A DNA stretch of 64,000 nt from a virus, in IMG/VR virus record IMGVR_UViG_3300012954_000007; one strand, given 5' to 3'. Below the pieces are notes generated by a model that saw nothing but the letters and a program-made list of their open reading frames with translations, made no database searches and was not told the DNA's origin. Of this stretch, positions 38,601 through 47,449 are shown one piece after another. Position numbers and translations under genes: made by a program. Positions within the stretch are counted from its first letter, which is position 1; the number at the start of each line of letters is the position of its first letter.

Positions 38601-41112
38601 TAGAGTGGTAGAGTACAATTTACCTAAACTTGCAAGAAACTTAAATGATGGTTTAACTTATGAAACATTTACAGATAATAATAGAAAACTTGCAAAATTA
38701 CAATGGTTAGACAATTTAACTAAAGGAGGAAACACAAAAATAAATATAGAATTTGTAAGTGATGAAAATAAAAAGAGATTTGAACAAGATTTAAAATTAA
38801 AAAATGTAGGCCAAGGTGTGGAATACCTACCTGGTTACGGTGAATCTAATACAGAATATTCTTCTACTGTTGGGAAAACTACTTTTATAGATTTAAGAGA
38901 TTGGGCTTCTAGAAGTTTGGGTAACGTTAAAGACTTTTCTAATTCAAGAATAACATTTGGGAAAGATAACTTAGTAAAAGGATTTGAAATAGGTCCTACC
39001 TATACCACAGAAATAGCTAATTCACAATATAAAATAGGGATTACACCTATTGGAGACCCATCCACCGAATTTATAATTTCTACTATGGGACCTTTAGATG
39101 AATTTTTAAATTATCAAACAGGAACTACGAGTAGTGCAATTACTCTAACCTTAAGTGGGTTGAGTAGTTTATATTCAGGATACACTAATTTAAGTGGTTA
39201 TACAGATAATGAAGGATTAAATTTAAGTCCAGATTTTGTGTTTGATATATGTTTACTAGACGATAAAATGTCTTTGGAAAGTGGTATCGCTTTTTCCGAC
39301 CCTACTTTTTCAGAAAAAAAGAAAGTGTCTAATATAATAACACAAGACTTTAAATTAATAGGTGATGAGAGAAGACTCAGACCAGTAATACCGCCTAAAA
39401 CATTAAGTGAAGATAATAAATTATTTTTTATACCTAGAGAAGAAGTTTCCACTACAGGTGATTATTTTTATTATAAAGTACCTAAAACCCAAAACTATAG
39501 ACTACAATATAAAAGTTGTGTTTATTTTGAGTATTTTGATGAAGGGTGGTGCACATATTTGGACACTTATCGTACACAAAGTAATAATTTATTCCCAGTT
39601 AATGATTATGATTTTAAACAATTAATTAATTCTAGTATTATATACGCTGGAGGTGACATAACTGCGGACCCTATCTACAATGAAGGTAATGTGGTGAATG
39701 ACCGTTATGCGGAACTAGGGGTAACTAATAATATAGCACCAGTATTCGGTTATAATTCAGGTAATGGGATACAAGACTTCAGTGTAAACGTATATATAGA
39801 AAGACAACTATCTGGAACTACCGCTACTACAATTATAGGCAATTATAAAATAGCTAATAACCCAACCCAACACCCTGACGCTAATGAACACTTATTCTTA
39901 CCTCTCAATGGTTCAGATAAATACACTAATCTATATGAGTGTTCTGGATTAACAGCAACTACTAAAATTTTCGAGAAAAAGTTTACACCATATATTGATA
40001 CTGGTTGTATAACTTTAAATAAGGATGATGAAATTAGATTAAGAATAAAAATAGATTGGGAAAATACCACAAAAAACAATAGTACTTCTTTAGGTACTAG
40101 TGGTCTAACTGCATCTACAATATCTTTAAAAGTAGGAAGTGATTACAAATCTGAAGTACAAGAAAGACCTTGGTTTAGAGTAATAAATAAAGAATGTAAT
40201 GTTCCTAACACAACAACTTATTTATATTGGCAAGCTAATGAAATAGGACCAGTAGGTACTAACCTATATTCTAAAGGTAAGTCAGTACAAGCCACACAAG
40301 GTAGTGAAATAGGTAAATTAATATTTACAGAAACTAAAGATAATTTAGACTATTCTCTACCAAATATTAGAGTTAATAATTTACAGAATTTAACTTACCT
40401 AGATACTCCAGATGTTAAAGACTATGTGGGGGACCTTAAATTAATTCCTACAAATAAAAAAACCAATAGATGGGTAGAAAGATTAGAAAGTAATAAAATA
40501 GAAGATTTTAAAATAACAGCTCCTAAAGTTATTGAAATAGGAAAAGACGTGGATGTTAAGTGGAATGTACCTGTTTCAGTAAAGGACAATATAGAAAGTA
40601 TTAGTCTAGATGACCCTAAATATACATTTATGGTAGAATCTACAGTTCAAGTTAAAGGAACTTTAAATACATTTACAATACTTAATACTTATAAACCAGA
40701 TTTTAAATCTGATACTGTAAAAGACATCAAAGTGGATGTTGAAAGTCTAATCACACCGAGTAATATTACCTACACATCTTCTAGACCTTTAGAAGAAAGA
40801 ACTATAGGCTTTGATGACAATAGAACTATAATTAGAGATAAGATAGTAGCGGTAGAAAGTGCGATATATGATAAAAATACACCTACAGCTGATAAAGGAA
40901 GGACACAATACTGTAAGTGTGGTCAATCATCTTATGTCTCAGTTCCAACTGATAGTACTATAGGGTGTGACCAGTGGTGTTGTACTAATAGTTATAATGA
41001 CTCTACATACTATCCATGTAGAGAAAAAACAATAAAAGAATGGTCAGAAGGACTTAACCTAAGTAGGGCAGTTTATTCTAAACCTACAAACGGAATAATA
41101 AGAGGATTATAA
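32662..41112 (+). CDS. Giant baseplate wedge/tail protein (P2 gpI / T4 gp7-like N-terminal region) with vWA-like, CBM-like and Cys-rich modules
   Basis: LLKNFATTLGW...ELYRRLLANTAYLFKSKGTRRGIEFMLRFVG is a gpI-like pattern. A module at 35641-36369 is paralogous to ORF 47450. Also contains a YDSSLSYNYGDIVLWAGNIYVW...P....W module. Confidence 0.65.
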   Translation: MAGIYNNSNSPIPGNGADFFGDKLVGNQFVDGVSQFTLGNFEIKSNISQKDSRDFSLGNFSEPISLETLNIKTSEEAKILASNRLEVFINYNRNKITNFTLYGSLRERLRVAVTNIIKTFPAAVVFKEIRTWLDYLSGETATNIIYDPNLDTTKLNLNVPNAYNPFNIEYSTNGNTYTDPNVSPLRNLTLEFKKYSLYYKNIEYPITFLKPTTGTTNTGIINLVVKGNPFSGLTNTSETFYLKPNTLTTEEVFDKMEDVEKFLVERKSKPLYTATFDQPKETSTGKIMKSSVSVTWPASDNWNLIIKGSTFLSYLDQLYDIADTYDSYKTNLISRFLTTAALKEFDTYDEKVDKILKIYGRSFDQIKKYIDGLAYMANVTYDGLDNIPNELLKNFATTLGWRTPSAIKNEGFLDTIFKRNTTVEYEGLDQNPTPAELDHELYRRLLANTAYLFKSKGTRRGIEFMLRFVGAPEALIEFNEHVYVAGQPLNMREFKDYELKISGGTYTEEVPVMDSYFSAATNTFPPIVITGYTFGYETVTKTTNIIPEVLPVDKDGYPTIPRYGADSYYQSGAGWFEETTEHQGKKVIDYETSVFTGNTPFVRTKLNQFSYGEPYLELYRKFPDSKLGFPIVRTVDNKKSWIKKDSYQQRYLNLPDRGTNYQTENDKLVINVKNVDIFLNIGQGLEWDVWNFSKKYSCPFGPNALGSPYPGVGGPDWTEIVADASKLSFFEFAQKFWTVLINVKNRQTIDDGHGGGYPTLLSIYLDYLKSDQTCGIPSNKYTYEKMIAYVENMGDYWVRLLEQLVPSTTIWQGGIKYENSIFHRYKYAYKHEPLCDDLECFGSFVHCCYPITHDILVDATLECGGLAFSGATWQNKITLGGTVYTGNTYYSSTTITDIPSTDIWLDDMVNILSGITADVSDPNSVLNYYLINDNNTPTGISIEQPNCIVIQGPCSGGTDAWNFNSGSDPHCFKSEICLTMETNQINPGVASDTDVWAFYDTTSMGTAAANAAKVSLNNWVSSLGPSFAGNVYHTAVGGERWLDWASIPISGGSPSSGSITNGGNWAGFNVLPPNMINANTFPSGISPNALVINFIDESSSVYYTPVNTYTCTLNNGNTNYHAPAGQASDWNNQPTGSYTTDFNQFMSAFNAYDNFQSFIYPIVKTASSVVLQFPLHVYGALETSTVSPSDLEVNPSILVAGGSLSAITITNPYTGLTGTNNATAYTGPGLENFGFGANYTLGTDCNGLVCGDPGLTNLNCLNINGEAYNQFFRTRFPQDLFQFLQGTTATTSLKTCEICIPICYNDSQGDLSSPYDSSLSYNYGDIVLWAGNIYVWLGVNNSYTDIPDVDANWSLLGTADCIPFLGGNNFRPHDDCDDFTVIPENPEVTGTTITTNPEIFKDAIFNVGGQDCFDSTYNPCEELTDPCGCIATFGEFNVGTTLFNEGDVVCCPELGTKWIASPLTNNGMAYNPNCFPGLFQGDLCTTLPSASKCWVECNSENAGIGATSGGIKGESKEMVRRKTPSIISNSPIDPCDPTYESPSDPCACEGIGFRNVDLDFYLLSDLTEVPIPIFQFYMDEDAIDPGNWTTPISNITKNPQVYKAKINACCLGDKFTHYFRVYHRTGNIPFDPSQISYGTYEIDLDVNQNCNIEFYHVTAGDTVKVFMHVPQDTITNNATINIIDNPLLGVPFLTQNLGASSYFNNTNGDGLESLTFQIGKIDTTSNIHQFFKVDDSNYLTDNGTNSTNEETNDIFDRYWALDPFIGEQPLYGALRNIELLNVTGNQGASISFLGIRDYRFNWEMELSCQGQQTLELSFTLNNFSSLPGSGKNPGSGGVSEDKKPGTIIGTPLQPGVGGSSKYETRRNVGNLRDESLLEEAAQINRIPGPSKLPEPPPKPTIDVPFTEVCGTNMSSPIINQNESASGKVSSISNIQNSGNLTDVAVRKAILDVNDDIDIRNYKVVKSEMFIVSNTNPLQSSRVVEYNLPKLARNLNDGLTYETFTDNNRKLAKLQWLDNLTKGGNTKINIEFVSDENKKRFEQDLKLKNVGQGVEYLPGYGESNTEYSSTVGKTTFIDLRDWASRSLGNVKDFSNSRITFGKDNLVKGFEIGPTYTTEIANSQYKIGITPIGDPSTEFIISTMGPLDEFLNYQTGTTSSAITLTLSGLSSLYSGYTNLSGYTDNEGLNLSPDFVFDICLLDDKMSLESGIAFSDPTFSEKKKVSNIITQDFKLIGDERRLRPVIPPKTLSEDNKLFFIPREEVSTTGDYFYYKVPKTQNYRLQYKSCVYFEYFDEGWCTYLDTYRTQSNNLFPVNDYDFKQLINSSIIYAGGDITADPIYNEGNVVNDRYAELGVTNNIAPVFGYNSGNGIQDFSVNVYIERQLSGTTATTIIGNYKIANNPTQHPDANEHLFLPLNGSDKYTNLYECSGLTATTKIFEKKFTPYIDTGCITLNKDDEIRLRIKIDWENTTKNNSTSLGTSGLTASTISLKVGSDYKSEVQERPWFRVINKECNVPNTTTYLYWQANEIGPVGTNLYSKGKSVQATQGSEIGKLIFTETKDNLDYSLPNIRVNNLQNLTYLDTPDVKDYVGDLKLIPTNKKTNRWVERLESNKIEDFKITAPKVIEIGKDVDVKWNVPVSVKDNIESISLDDPKYTFMVESTVQVKGTLNTFTILNTYKPDFKSDTVKDIKVDVESLITPSNITYTSSRPLEERTIGFDDNRTIIRDKIVAVESAIYDKNTPTADKGRTQYCKCGQSSYVSVPTDSTIGCDQWCCTNSYNDSTYYPCREKTIKEWSEGLNLSRAVYSKPTNGIIRGL

Positions 41113-41113
41113 A

Positions 41114-44100
41114 ATGAGTACTTATTTTACTGATAATTTTGAATTAAATAAATGTGGTAGTTCCGCAAACCCTTTTTTGGTTAGTTGGGACCAAAGTAAT
41201 TCAGTTGAAAATGCTGTTTCCACTTGTAGTGGTTCTATAACTAACTTGACTTTTTCTGGTGGAACACCACCATACAATTTTTCATTGACATATCCAGATG
41301 GTAGTGTTACCGCGAGTACTACTAACTTTACAAATTTGTGTCCGGGACAATATACGGCTGTAACTAGTGACTCCCTATTTTCTTCAACTACAAGTTTTAT
41401 AACTATTTTACCTTTAACTGCAGGTACACTAACCGCAGGTATAGTAGAAAACGGGTGTGTAACCAATATTAATGAATTTTGTTCTTTGGAAGTAAGTGGA
41501 TTTAGTCACTCTTCCAGTAATTTTACTTACCTATTGTATAAAGACAATAATCTTCACGATGTGTACCAGGGAGTTACAGGTGAAGAAAATCATACATTTG
41601 GAGGACTAGAACATGGTAATTACACTTTAAGTGCTTATGATGGTAGTAGTGCACTTTATAAAAGTCAAAAAACAGAATTATGTAATTGTTTAGATGGATA
41701 CACCCTAGACTCCTCCCAAGTTTTTGGAAACGTGGGAATTACTTTTACAGGATTATCAGCAAACAATATAGTCCAAGATTGGAGAAGGTATAATTTATTC
41801 AATAGGTATTTTATTGTTTTTGCTGCTACAGGTTCTTGGGGACCACATGGTTTTCCGCCATTTACCGCGAACCCAAACAATATAGTATTCGATACGGGTC
41901 TACAACCAGACGGTTCAGTAAAGGTGGATGACCCATATGTTTGGCTTTACACGGGAGAAACATCTACTAGAAAAACTGAAAATACATTTGATTGGTATCT
42001 GGGTACCTATAATTTAGATATGGTAGACGGTGATAATGTGGGACCTGCGGGATACGCAACCGCAGGAGAGATAGGAGTTTTTTATTATAATACTGTGATA
42101 AATAAATTTGTAGTTAGATGGAGAGTTACTGGAACAAATGTTTGGCTCACTATAAACCCGACAGTCAATCGAGGACAAAATGTGTACCCCATTTCTACTG
42201 TAGGTCAAGGACCATTGATAACTGGTTCATCAGTATATAGAACCTTAACTGTGCCTAATAGTAATGTAGGTTATACTGTAACTGGAACAACAAATGATGT
42301 AGTACAATGGAATAATATTGCTACAGGAACTGATGCTGTTGTTTTAGACTCAAATAGTGGCGTACCAATTTTATTAGCGAGTACTTGTAAATATCTAAAC
42401 TACGTTCACCAGTTAAGTTTAGGTTCTACAGATAGTGATGACGATACTATTGGAATAATATTAGCTACTTTTATAGATAAAGACGGTTTATATGGACCTA
42501 AAGGGAACCCCCAACAACTAACATTACATTTTAATAACGCTAGTTTATTTGGTGATAATGTTACTGTTAATTATAATTCACAAGGTAATTCAGCTTATGC
42601 GTTTTCCGTAGATAATAGACAAACTGTAAATTGTGGATATGAAACAATTAGTGGTTGTAGTTCACTAAATGGTCTTACTCCTATAACAGGAATTAGTACC
42701 ACCGTTATTAGTAATAATATTGATAAATCTCCATTTAATTTAGGTGATTATAACAATTCAGGAACTACATTTGTAAGAATAGAACGTTCTGGAAATTTGG
42801 GTGAAAAATTTAATATAAAAATGACTGATTTAATGGTAGCTGGAGATGTGGGCACACAAAAACCATTTAACAGCGATTATGAAATTAATTTTAATTTATT
42901 AGATAAAAACACTTGGGTAGGTAACAATAGAGCTGCTGAGTATTATGCGAAACAACAAGACCTTTATAAATTTTTAGGTTCACAAAGTATAGGGTATCAC
43001 CAAACTTCACAAGAAGTAAGTTACTTTTACAATATTGGGTTTACTGGTACACAAAGTAATTATTTATTCTCAACTTTAGAGTATGGTGGTAGTCAAACCT
43101 TACAATTTGAGTTAGGTAATCCCGCTTTTCAAGGAGTCCAAACTTCAACTAATAAGATAATTAATTATTATAATTCTTTAGGAAGTGGAGGACAAATAGG
43201 TAACCCTACAATACCAAGGGTAAGGCCTAGACCTAGTGTTAGTATGCAAACTACACAAATACCTATAATGGAAACTACTGGAGGTACTAAAATTAGTGCT
43301 TCTACTGAAAGTTATGTACTATATAAACCATTAGATATTGAACCAGATGTTGAAGAACCTTGTGTTGAGTTTAATTTTACTTGGACTAAAAACACAACGG
43401 ACCTTCTTAATGGAAATATGGTACCATATTACTCTTTACACCCTTACATTCCCCAGGAAAGAGCATTTTCAAAATCACCATCATTAACAAGATTATTTGA
43501 TAACCCACAAGGACGAACTTTAATACAAACCCCTAATAATCAAGTAATAGGGGAAGGTTTAGAAGCTAGTGATTGTATAAAACTTAGTCAAATAGGTGCC
43601 GGTTCAGAATTTTTAATAAAACCAAATTATGTATTTAAAGACAAATTAAAAAATTTAAAATCTACACCTTGTTATTGTGATGGTGAATCTTTAACAGGAA
43701 CTACAACAGGTATTACAAAAACAGAAAAATGGTATGATACCTTCGACCCAAACCCAGATTTAAAGATTGTGGGTAATAATGATTCTACTGGAATATTTAG
43801 TTGGGATAGTGACGGTCAAATAAATACTAGAGAATATGGTTTGTATGATAGTACAACAGATTTTTATTTTTTACGTACTCCAGAAATCGTACCACCTAAT
43901 TTAGAAACTAATGATATATTATATGGTATAACAGAAACCTGTGGAAAATTAGCCACTCAACAAGTAGAAGTCTCACCGATTTCTGGAACGACTGGAACCA
44001 CTTCAGTACCATTTGTTGTATCTGGTACACCATTTACAATCACCTTAGATTTTCCAGCTTCGGGACCACTACAAGTTACTTTAAATGGTTTAACTTTATT

Positions 44101-44929
44101 TGCTTCACAAGAATCTGATTTATCTGATGGGGGAGATTACTATTTTGACGGTACTTCACAGATAAAATTTAGAGTTGACATAATACAACCGTATGATTTA
44201 ATAAACATTATATATGTTCCAGGAACTTTTGCGAGGTCATATTATTATGATAATTATGTTGTTCCTGCTACGATACCTAACACTAGTGGAGGAACAAGTG
44301 TTACAGGTAATACCTTATATACTAATGGATTTTATTATTATTTTAAAACTACACACACCCCTATAGGAGCTGTGGGAATAACTTTAAATGGTACAGTTTT
44401 ATCACCAGATAGTGACTATACATTAACTCAAAATAATATAATACAATTTACGGGGATACAATATCCTGATGGTTTAACTGAAAATGATGTTATTGGACAA
44501 TTTTATTTCACTAAATTTAATTTGTTAGGTGCTGCAGGAGTTAAAAACCCACAAATAAATGTTATAGTGCCAATATCACAATATTACACAAATGAATTAA
44601 TGTTAGTAGTTAGAGATAATAGTGGAACTATAGTTTATACAGAAACTCAAATATGTGAACCAAACAGTGCTCCAACAATATTTGACACAATCAATCCAGA
44701 CGTGGGAGATAGGCAGACAGGTGTGGAAAAAACCTTTACAGTAGAAGTACCAACCCCTGGTGAATTTAGTTATAATATATTTACAACTAGTATTTATACC
44801 TTAATTAATGGAGATACCATTAGTGATACAATTACTTCAGAAACATATAATTTTTCTATTAGTGCAGCTATATTTTATGATGAAAGTAACGATACAACAA
44901 TAAACACAACAACAAGTAGTGGATATTAA
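41114..44929 (+). CDS. Large tail-fibre/adhesin-like protein with SprB-repeat-like N-terminus
   Basis: GSITNLTFSGGTPPYNFS...TNLCPGQYTAVTSDS resembles an SprB repeat. Two V.LNG..L....DY......I.F repeats near the C-terminus. Confidence 0.6.
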   Translation: MSTYFTDNFELNKCGSSANPFLVSWDQSNSVENAVSTCSGSITNLTFSGGTPPYNFSLTYPDGSVTASTTNFTNLCPGQYTAVTSDSLFSSTTSFITILPLTAGTLTAGIVENGCVTNINEFCSLEVSGFSHSSSNFTYLLYKDNNLHDVYQGVTGEENHTFGGLEHGNYTLSAYDGSSALYKSQKTELCNCLDGYTLDSSQVFGNVGITFTGLSANNIVQDWRRYNLFNRYFIVFAATGSWGPHGFPPFTANPNNIVFDTGLQPDGSVKVDDPYVWLYTGETSTRKTENTFDWYLGTYNLDMVDGDNVGPAGYATAGEIGVFYYNTVINKFVVRWRVTGTNVWLTINPTVNRGQNVYPISTVGQGPLITGSSVYRTLTVPNSNVGYTVTGTTNDVVQWNNIATGTDAVVLDSNSGVPILLASTCKYLNYVHQLSLGSTDSDDDTIGIILATFIDKDGLYGPKGNPQQLTLHFNNASLFGDNVTVNYNSQGNSAYAFSVDNRQTVNCGYETISGCSSLNGLTPITGISTTVISNNIDKSPFNLGDYNNSGTTFVRIERSGNLGEKFNIKMTDLMVAGDVGTQKPFNSDYEINFNLLDKNTWVGNNRAAEYYAKQQDLYKFLGSQSIGYHQTSQEVSYFYNIGFTGTQSNYLFSTLEYGGSQTLQFELGNPAFQGVQTSTNKIINYYNSLGSGGQIGNPTIPRVRPRPSVSMQTTQIPIMETTGGTKISASTESYVLYKPLDIEPDVEEPCVEFNFTWTKNTTDLLNGNMVPYYSLHPYIPQERAFSKSPSLTRLFDNPQGRTLIQTPNNQVIGEGLEASDCIKLSQIGAGSEFLIKPNYVFKDKLKNLKSTPCYCDGESLTGTTTGITKTEKWYDTFDPNPDLKIVGNNDSTGIFSWDSDGQINTREYGLYDSTTDFYFLRTPEIVPPNLETNDILYGITETCGKLATQQVEVSPISGTTGTTSVPFVVSGTPFTITLDFPASGPLQVTLNGLTLFASQESDLSDGGDYYFDGTSQIKFRVDIIQPYDLINIIYVPGTFARSYYYDNYVVPATIPNTSGGTSVTGNTLYTNGFYYYFKTTHTPIGAVGITLNGTVLSPDSDYTLTQNNIIQFTGIQYPDGLTENDVIGQFYFTKFNLLGAAGVKNPQINVIVPISQYYTNELMLVVRDNSGTIVYTETQICEPNSAPTIFDTINPDVGDRQTGVEKTFTVEVPTPGEFSYNIFTTSIYTLINGDTISDTITSETYNFSISAAIFYDESNDTTINTTTSSGY

Positions 44930-44950
44930 CATTAAAACCACTAACATTAA

Positions 44951-44958
44951 TATTTATA
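44951..44958 (+). promoter_or_regulatory. TATTTATA motif, putative late promoter
   Basis: 13 nt upstream of ATG 44972. Confidence 0.55.
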
Positions 44959-44971
44959 AATAAAAAAAACA

Positions 44972-47437
44972 ATGGGAACAGGATACATATCAAAAACAGG
45001 GAGTAGTGGTCTAATATCGGTAAGACTAACTGACGCTGGAAGAAAAAAATTATCACAAGGTCAACTATCATTGACCAAATTCCAATTAGGGGATAGTGAA
45101 TTTTGTTATAATTGTTATACACAAGTACTAACACAATCTAACGGAATTTTTATTATAGAACCTAAATGGAATTCACAAAACATTTCTAATATATCATATG
45201 AATTAAATAAAATGAATGTTAAATATCCGATTCCTTTATCGGATGTTAGTTCAGCACAAACTTATGGTGTTCTACAACCACAACCAACCGAAAATCCTGT
45301 TTTTAATACTGCTAGACCTAGAGGTTTTTTCTCAGGTGATACTAGTACATCCTACTCAGCTATAACCACATCTGACTATATTTATGGTTCTAACTGGTGT
45401 ATACCATTTAGTGGATTGACAGGAGGTAGTCAAATGTTATTAGTGAGTGGTGCGTGTAACTCTATTAGTTATACACCCACTGTTGGTGATTTAGTTATGG
45501 TACAATATTTTGGTCCTTACCAAGACACAGTAGCAGATTGTAATAGTGAATTTTTAAACATACCACAAAATAACCCAGTACCTTATCTCTTTTATAATGT
45601 TGTTTCCGCTACTACCGATAGTGGGGGTATTCCTGTAATTACTAGTGCTAATACTGGTACTACCGTGTTTGTCAGTGTAGATAGAGATATTCCTGATTTT
45701 ACAATGTATAGTGACACTGGATTATGTGCTAAAATAATAATTTATCCTAAGGGTAATATGTTGAATTTTTATGGAGCTGATACACCAATTCCTTATTGGT
45801 CACCAGGTTCATTATCTTTTGATAATAATTGTGATGTTTCTGTAAAAGATGTGAATGTTTGGAATATGAACATTAACTGGACTCAGTATTACGATAATAC
45901 ATTAAACTGGGCAACTGTAGCAGGAACTAATAATACCGTGTATGAAGATGTGAACGAATATGGTTCTAGTGGTTATTGTGGAACTAAAGAGTACTTAGGT
46001 TATAACAACTTCGAAGGTCAATTTGATAGTACTAATATGCCAGACTACTACGGTTCCATTCCCGCTTTAGGTTATACTCCTCAGTTTTCTGGAACTTATG
46101 TGAGAGATTCTTTTGGTAATATACGTAGTATTGTACCAGAAGACCAAAGGTGTATAGCAGTTTTACATTACACTAATGAAACTATTTCTAATTTTTATGG
46201 AGAAAAATTTGCTTTAATGAAAACTGGAGAAGGGGGAGCTAATGGTGTTGGAGAAATGCAAAACTTTAAAATTCATATGCCTACTTTAATGTGGCATAAG
46301 AAAAAAGGAGGAAATAGTGGTTCTGGTATCGGTACTGGAATGGGAGACGAATGTACTATAGGTCAAACATTCTATGTTCAACCTCCAGGTTATGCTGATG
46401 TTGCACAAGTACAATACATCGCTTCTACTGTCAATCCTGATATGAATGAACCAGGAATTAGATATTATCATTTATGGGATGATAACTTAGCTGCCACATC
46501 AGGGACAACAGCGGTACCTAATAGAGTGGGTAAAGTTTTCCCAGATTTACAAATGATAACTATTGATGACCAAGAATTGGTAGCTTCCATGAGTTACAAA
46601 TCTAATAGGAATTGGACACTCCCTATGCCTAAATTAGAATTGGTAGCAGAAAATACTAATATATGTGCTACACCACCATCTTGTAGTGGTGGATTCTTTA
46701 GTAGTGGAGGTGGAGTCTCCTTACCTAACAGTGAACAAGTGTGGGTAAGTTATCTATTAGAAAGTACTTCTGGTTATACTACAGGATTACATTGTAATTA
46801 TTATCCATACATTATTGGAGATACCACAACAGGAGCTAAAGACGTGTCTATACAATTTGGAAGTGAGTTCCCATTCTTAAGAGAATACGATAATGAGTTA
46901 TGTGTTCCTTTCTCAGGTTCAGGTGTTCAAGCAGATAAATTTCACGTACTCTACCAAAAAACAGCTTTAGGTGTTCCACCAGACCCTGCTTTTTGGTCTA
47001 AAATTGATATGACTTCAGAAATTGTTGGCCACAGTGTTGGAAATCCTATCCAAGCTACAGGACTAACATCCTCTATTTTCTATTTAACTTGTGATACTTT
47101 ACTAAGTGCAACCACATATAATGTTCATGATTATATTAACATACCACTTAATAATGGACAAGAACCAAATAGCTTACAGTTTGGGGATGAGTATTTCTTT
47201 TATGGAAATTTAGAAAGTGATATCATGGCAACTATTTACGAGATGAGATATGGAATTACATTGGCTCCTGGTCAATTTAGTACTTCGTTAAACCCAAGTT
47301 GGGACGTTAATAATTTAGTAAGGATAACAGAAATTGGTCTATATGACAATACCAGTGATTTAATGGCAATCGCAAAACTTAAAAATCCAACTTTAAGAAC
47401 AGGTGCTCAAACATTCCAGATAAAAATAGATTTTTAA
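44972..47437 (+). CDS. Tail-collar/fibre-attachment-like protein (DUF3751-like termini with a large insertion)
   Basis: N-terminal RLTDAGRKKLSQG.L.LTKFQLGDSE. C-terminal RITEIGLYD...DLMAIAKLKNP...IKIDF. Confidence 0.6.
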   Translation: MGTGYISKTGSSGLISVRLTDAGRKKLSQGQLSLTKFQLGDSEFCYNCYTQVLTQSNGIFIIEPKWNSQNISNISYELNKMNVKYPIPLSDVSSAQTYGVLQPQPTENPVFNTARPRGFFSGDTSTSYSAITTSDYIYGSNWCIPFSGLTGGSQMLLVSGACNSISYTPTVGDLVMVQYFGPYQDTVADCNSEFLNIPQNNPVPYLFYNVVSATTDSGGIPVITSANTGTTVFVSVDRDIPDFTMYSDTGLCAKIIIYPKGNMLNFYGADTPIPYWSPGSLSFDNNCDVSVKDVNVWNMNINWTQYYDNTLNWATVAGTNNTVYEDVNEYGSSGYCGTKEYLGYNNFEGQFDSTNMPDYYGSIPALGYTPQFSGTYVRDSFGNIRSIVPEDQRCIAVLHYTNETISNFYGEKFALMKTGEGGANGVGEMQNFKIHMPTLMWHKKKGGNSGSGIGTGMGDECTIGQTFYVQPPGYADVAQVQYIASTVNPDMNEPGIRYYHLWDDNLAATSGTTAVPNRVGKVFPDLQMITIDDQELVASMSYKSNRNWTLPMPKLELVAENTNICATPPSCSGGFFSSGGGVSLPNSEQVWVSYLLESTSGYTTGLHCNYYPYIIGDTTTGAKDVSIQFGSEFPFLREYDNELCVPFSGSGVQADKFHVLYQKTALGVPPDPAFWSKIDMTSEIVGHSVGNPIQATGLTSSIFYLTCDTLLSATTYNVHDYINIPLNNGQEPNSLQFGDEYFFYGNLESDIMATIYEMRYGITLAPGQFSTSLNPSWDVNNLVRITEIGLYDNTSDLMAIAKLKNPTLRTGAQTFQIKIDF

Positions 47438-47449
47438 AAAATATAATTG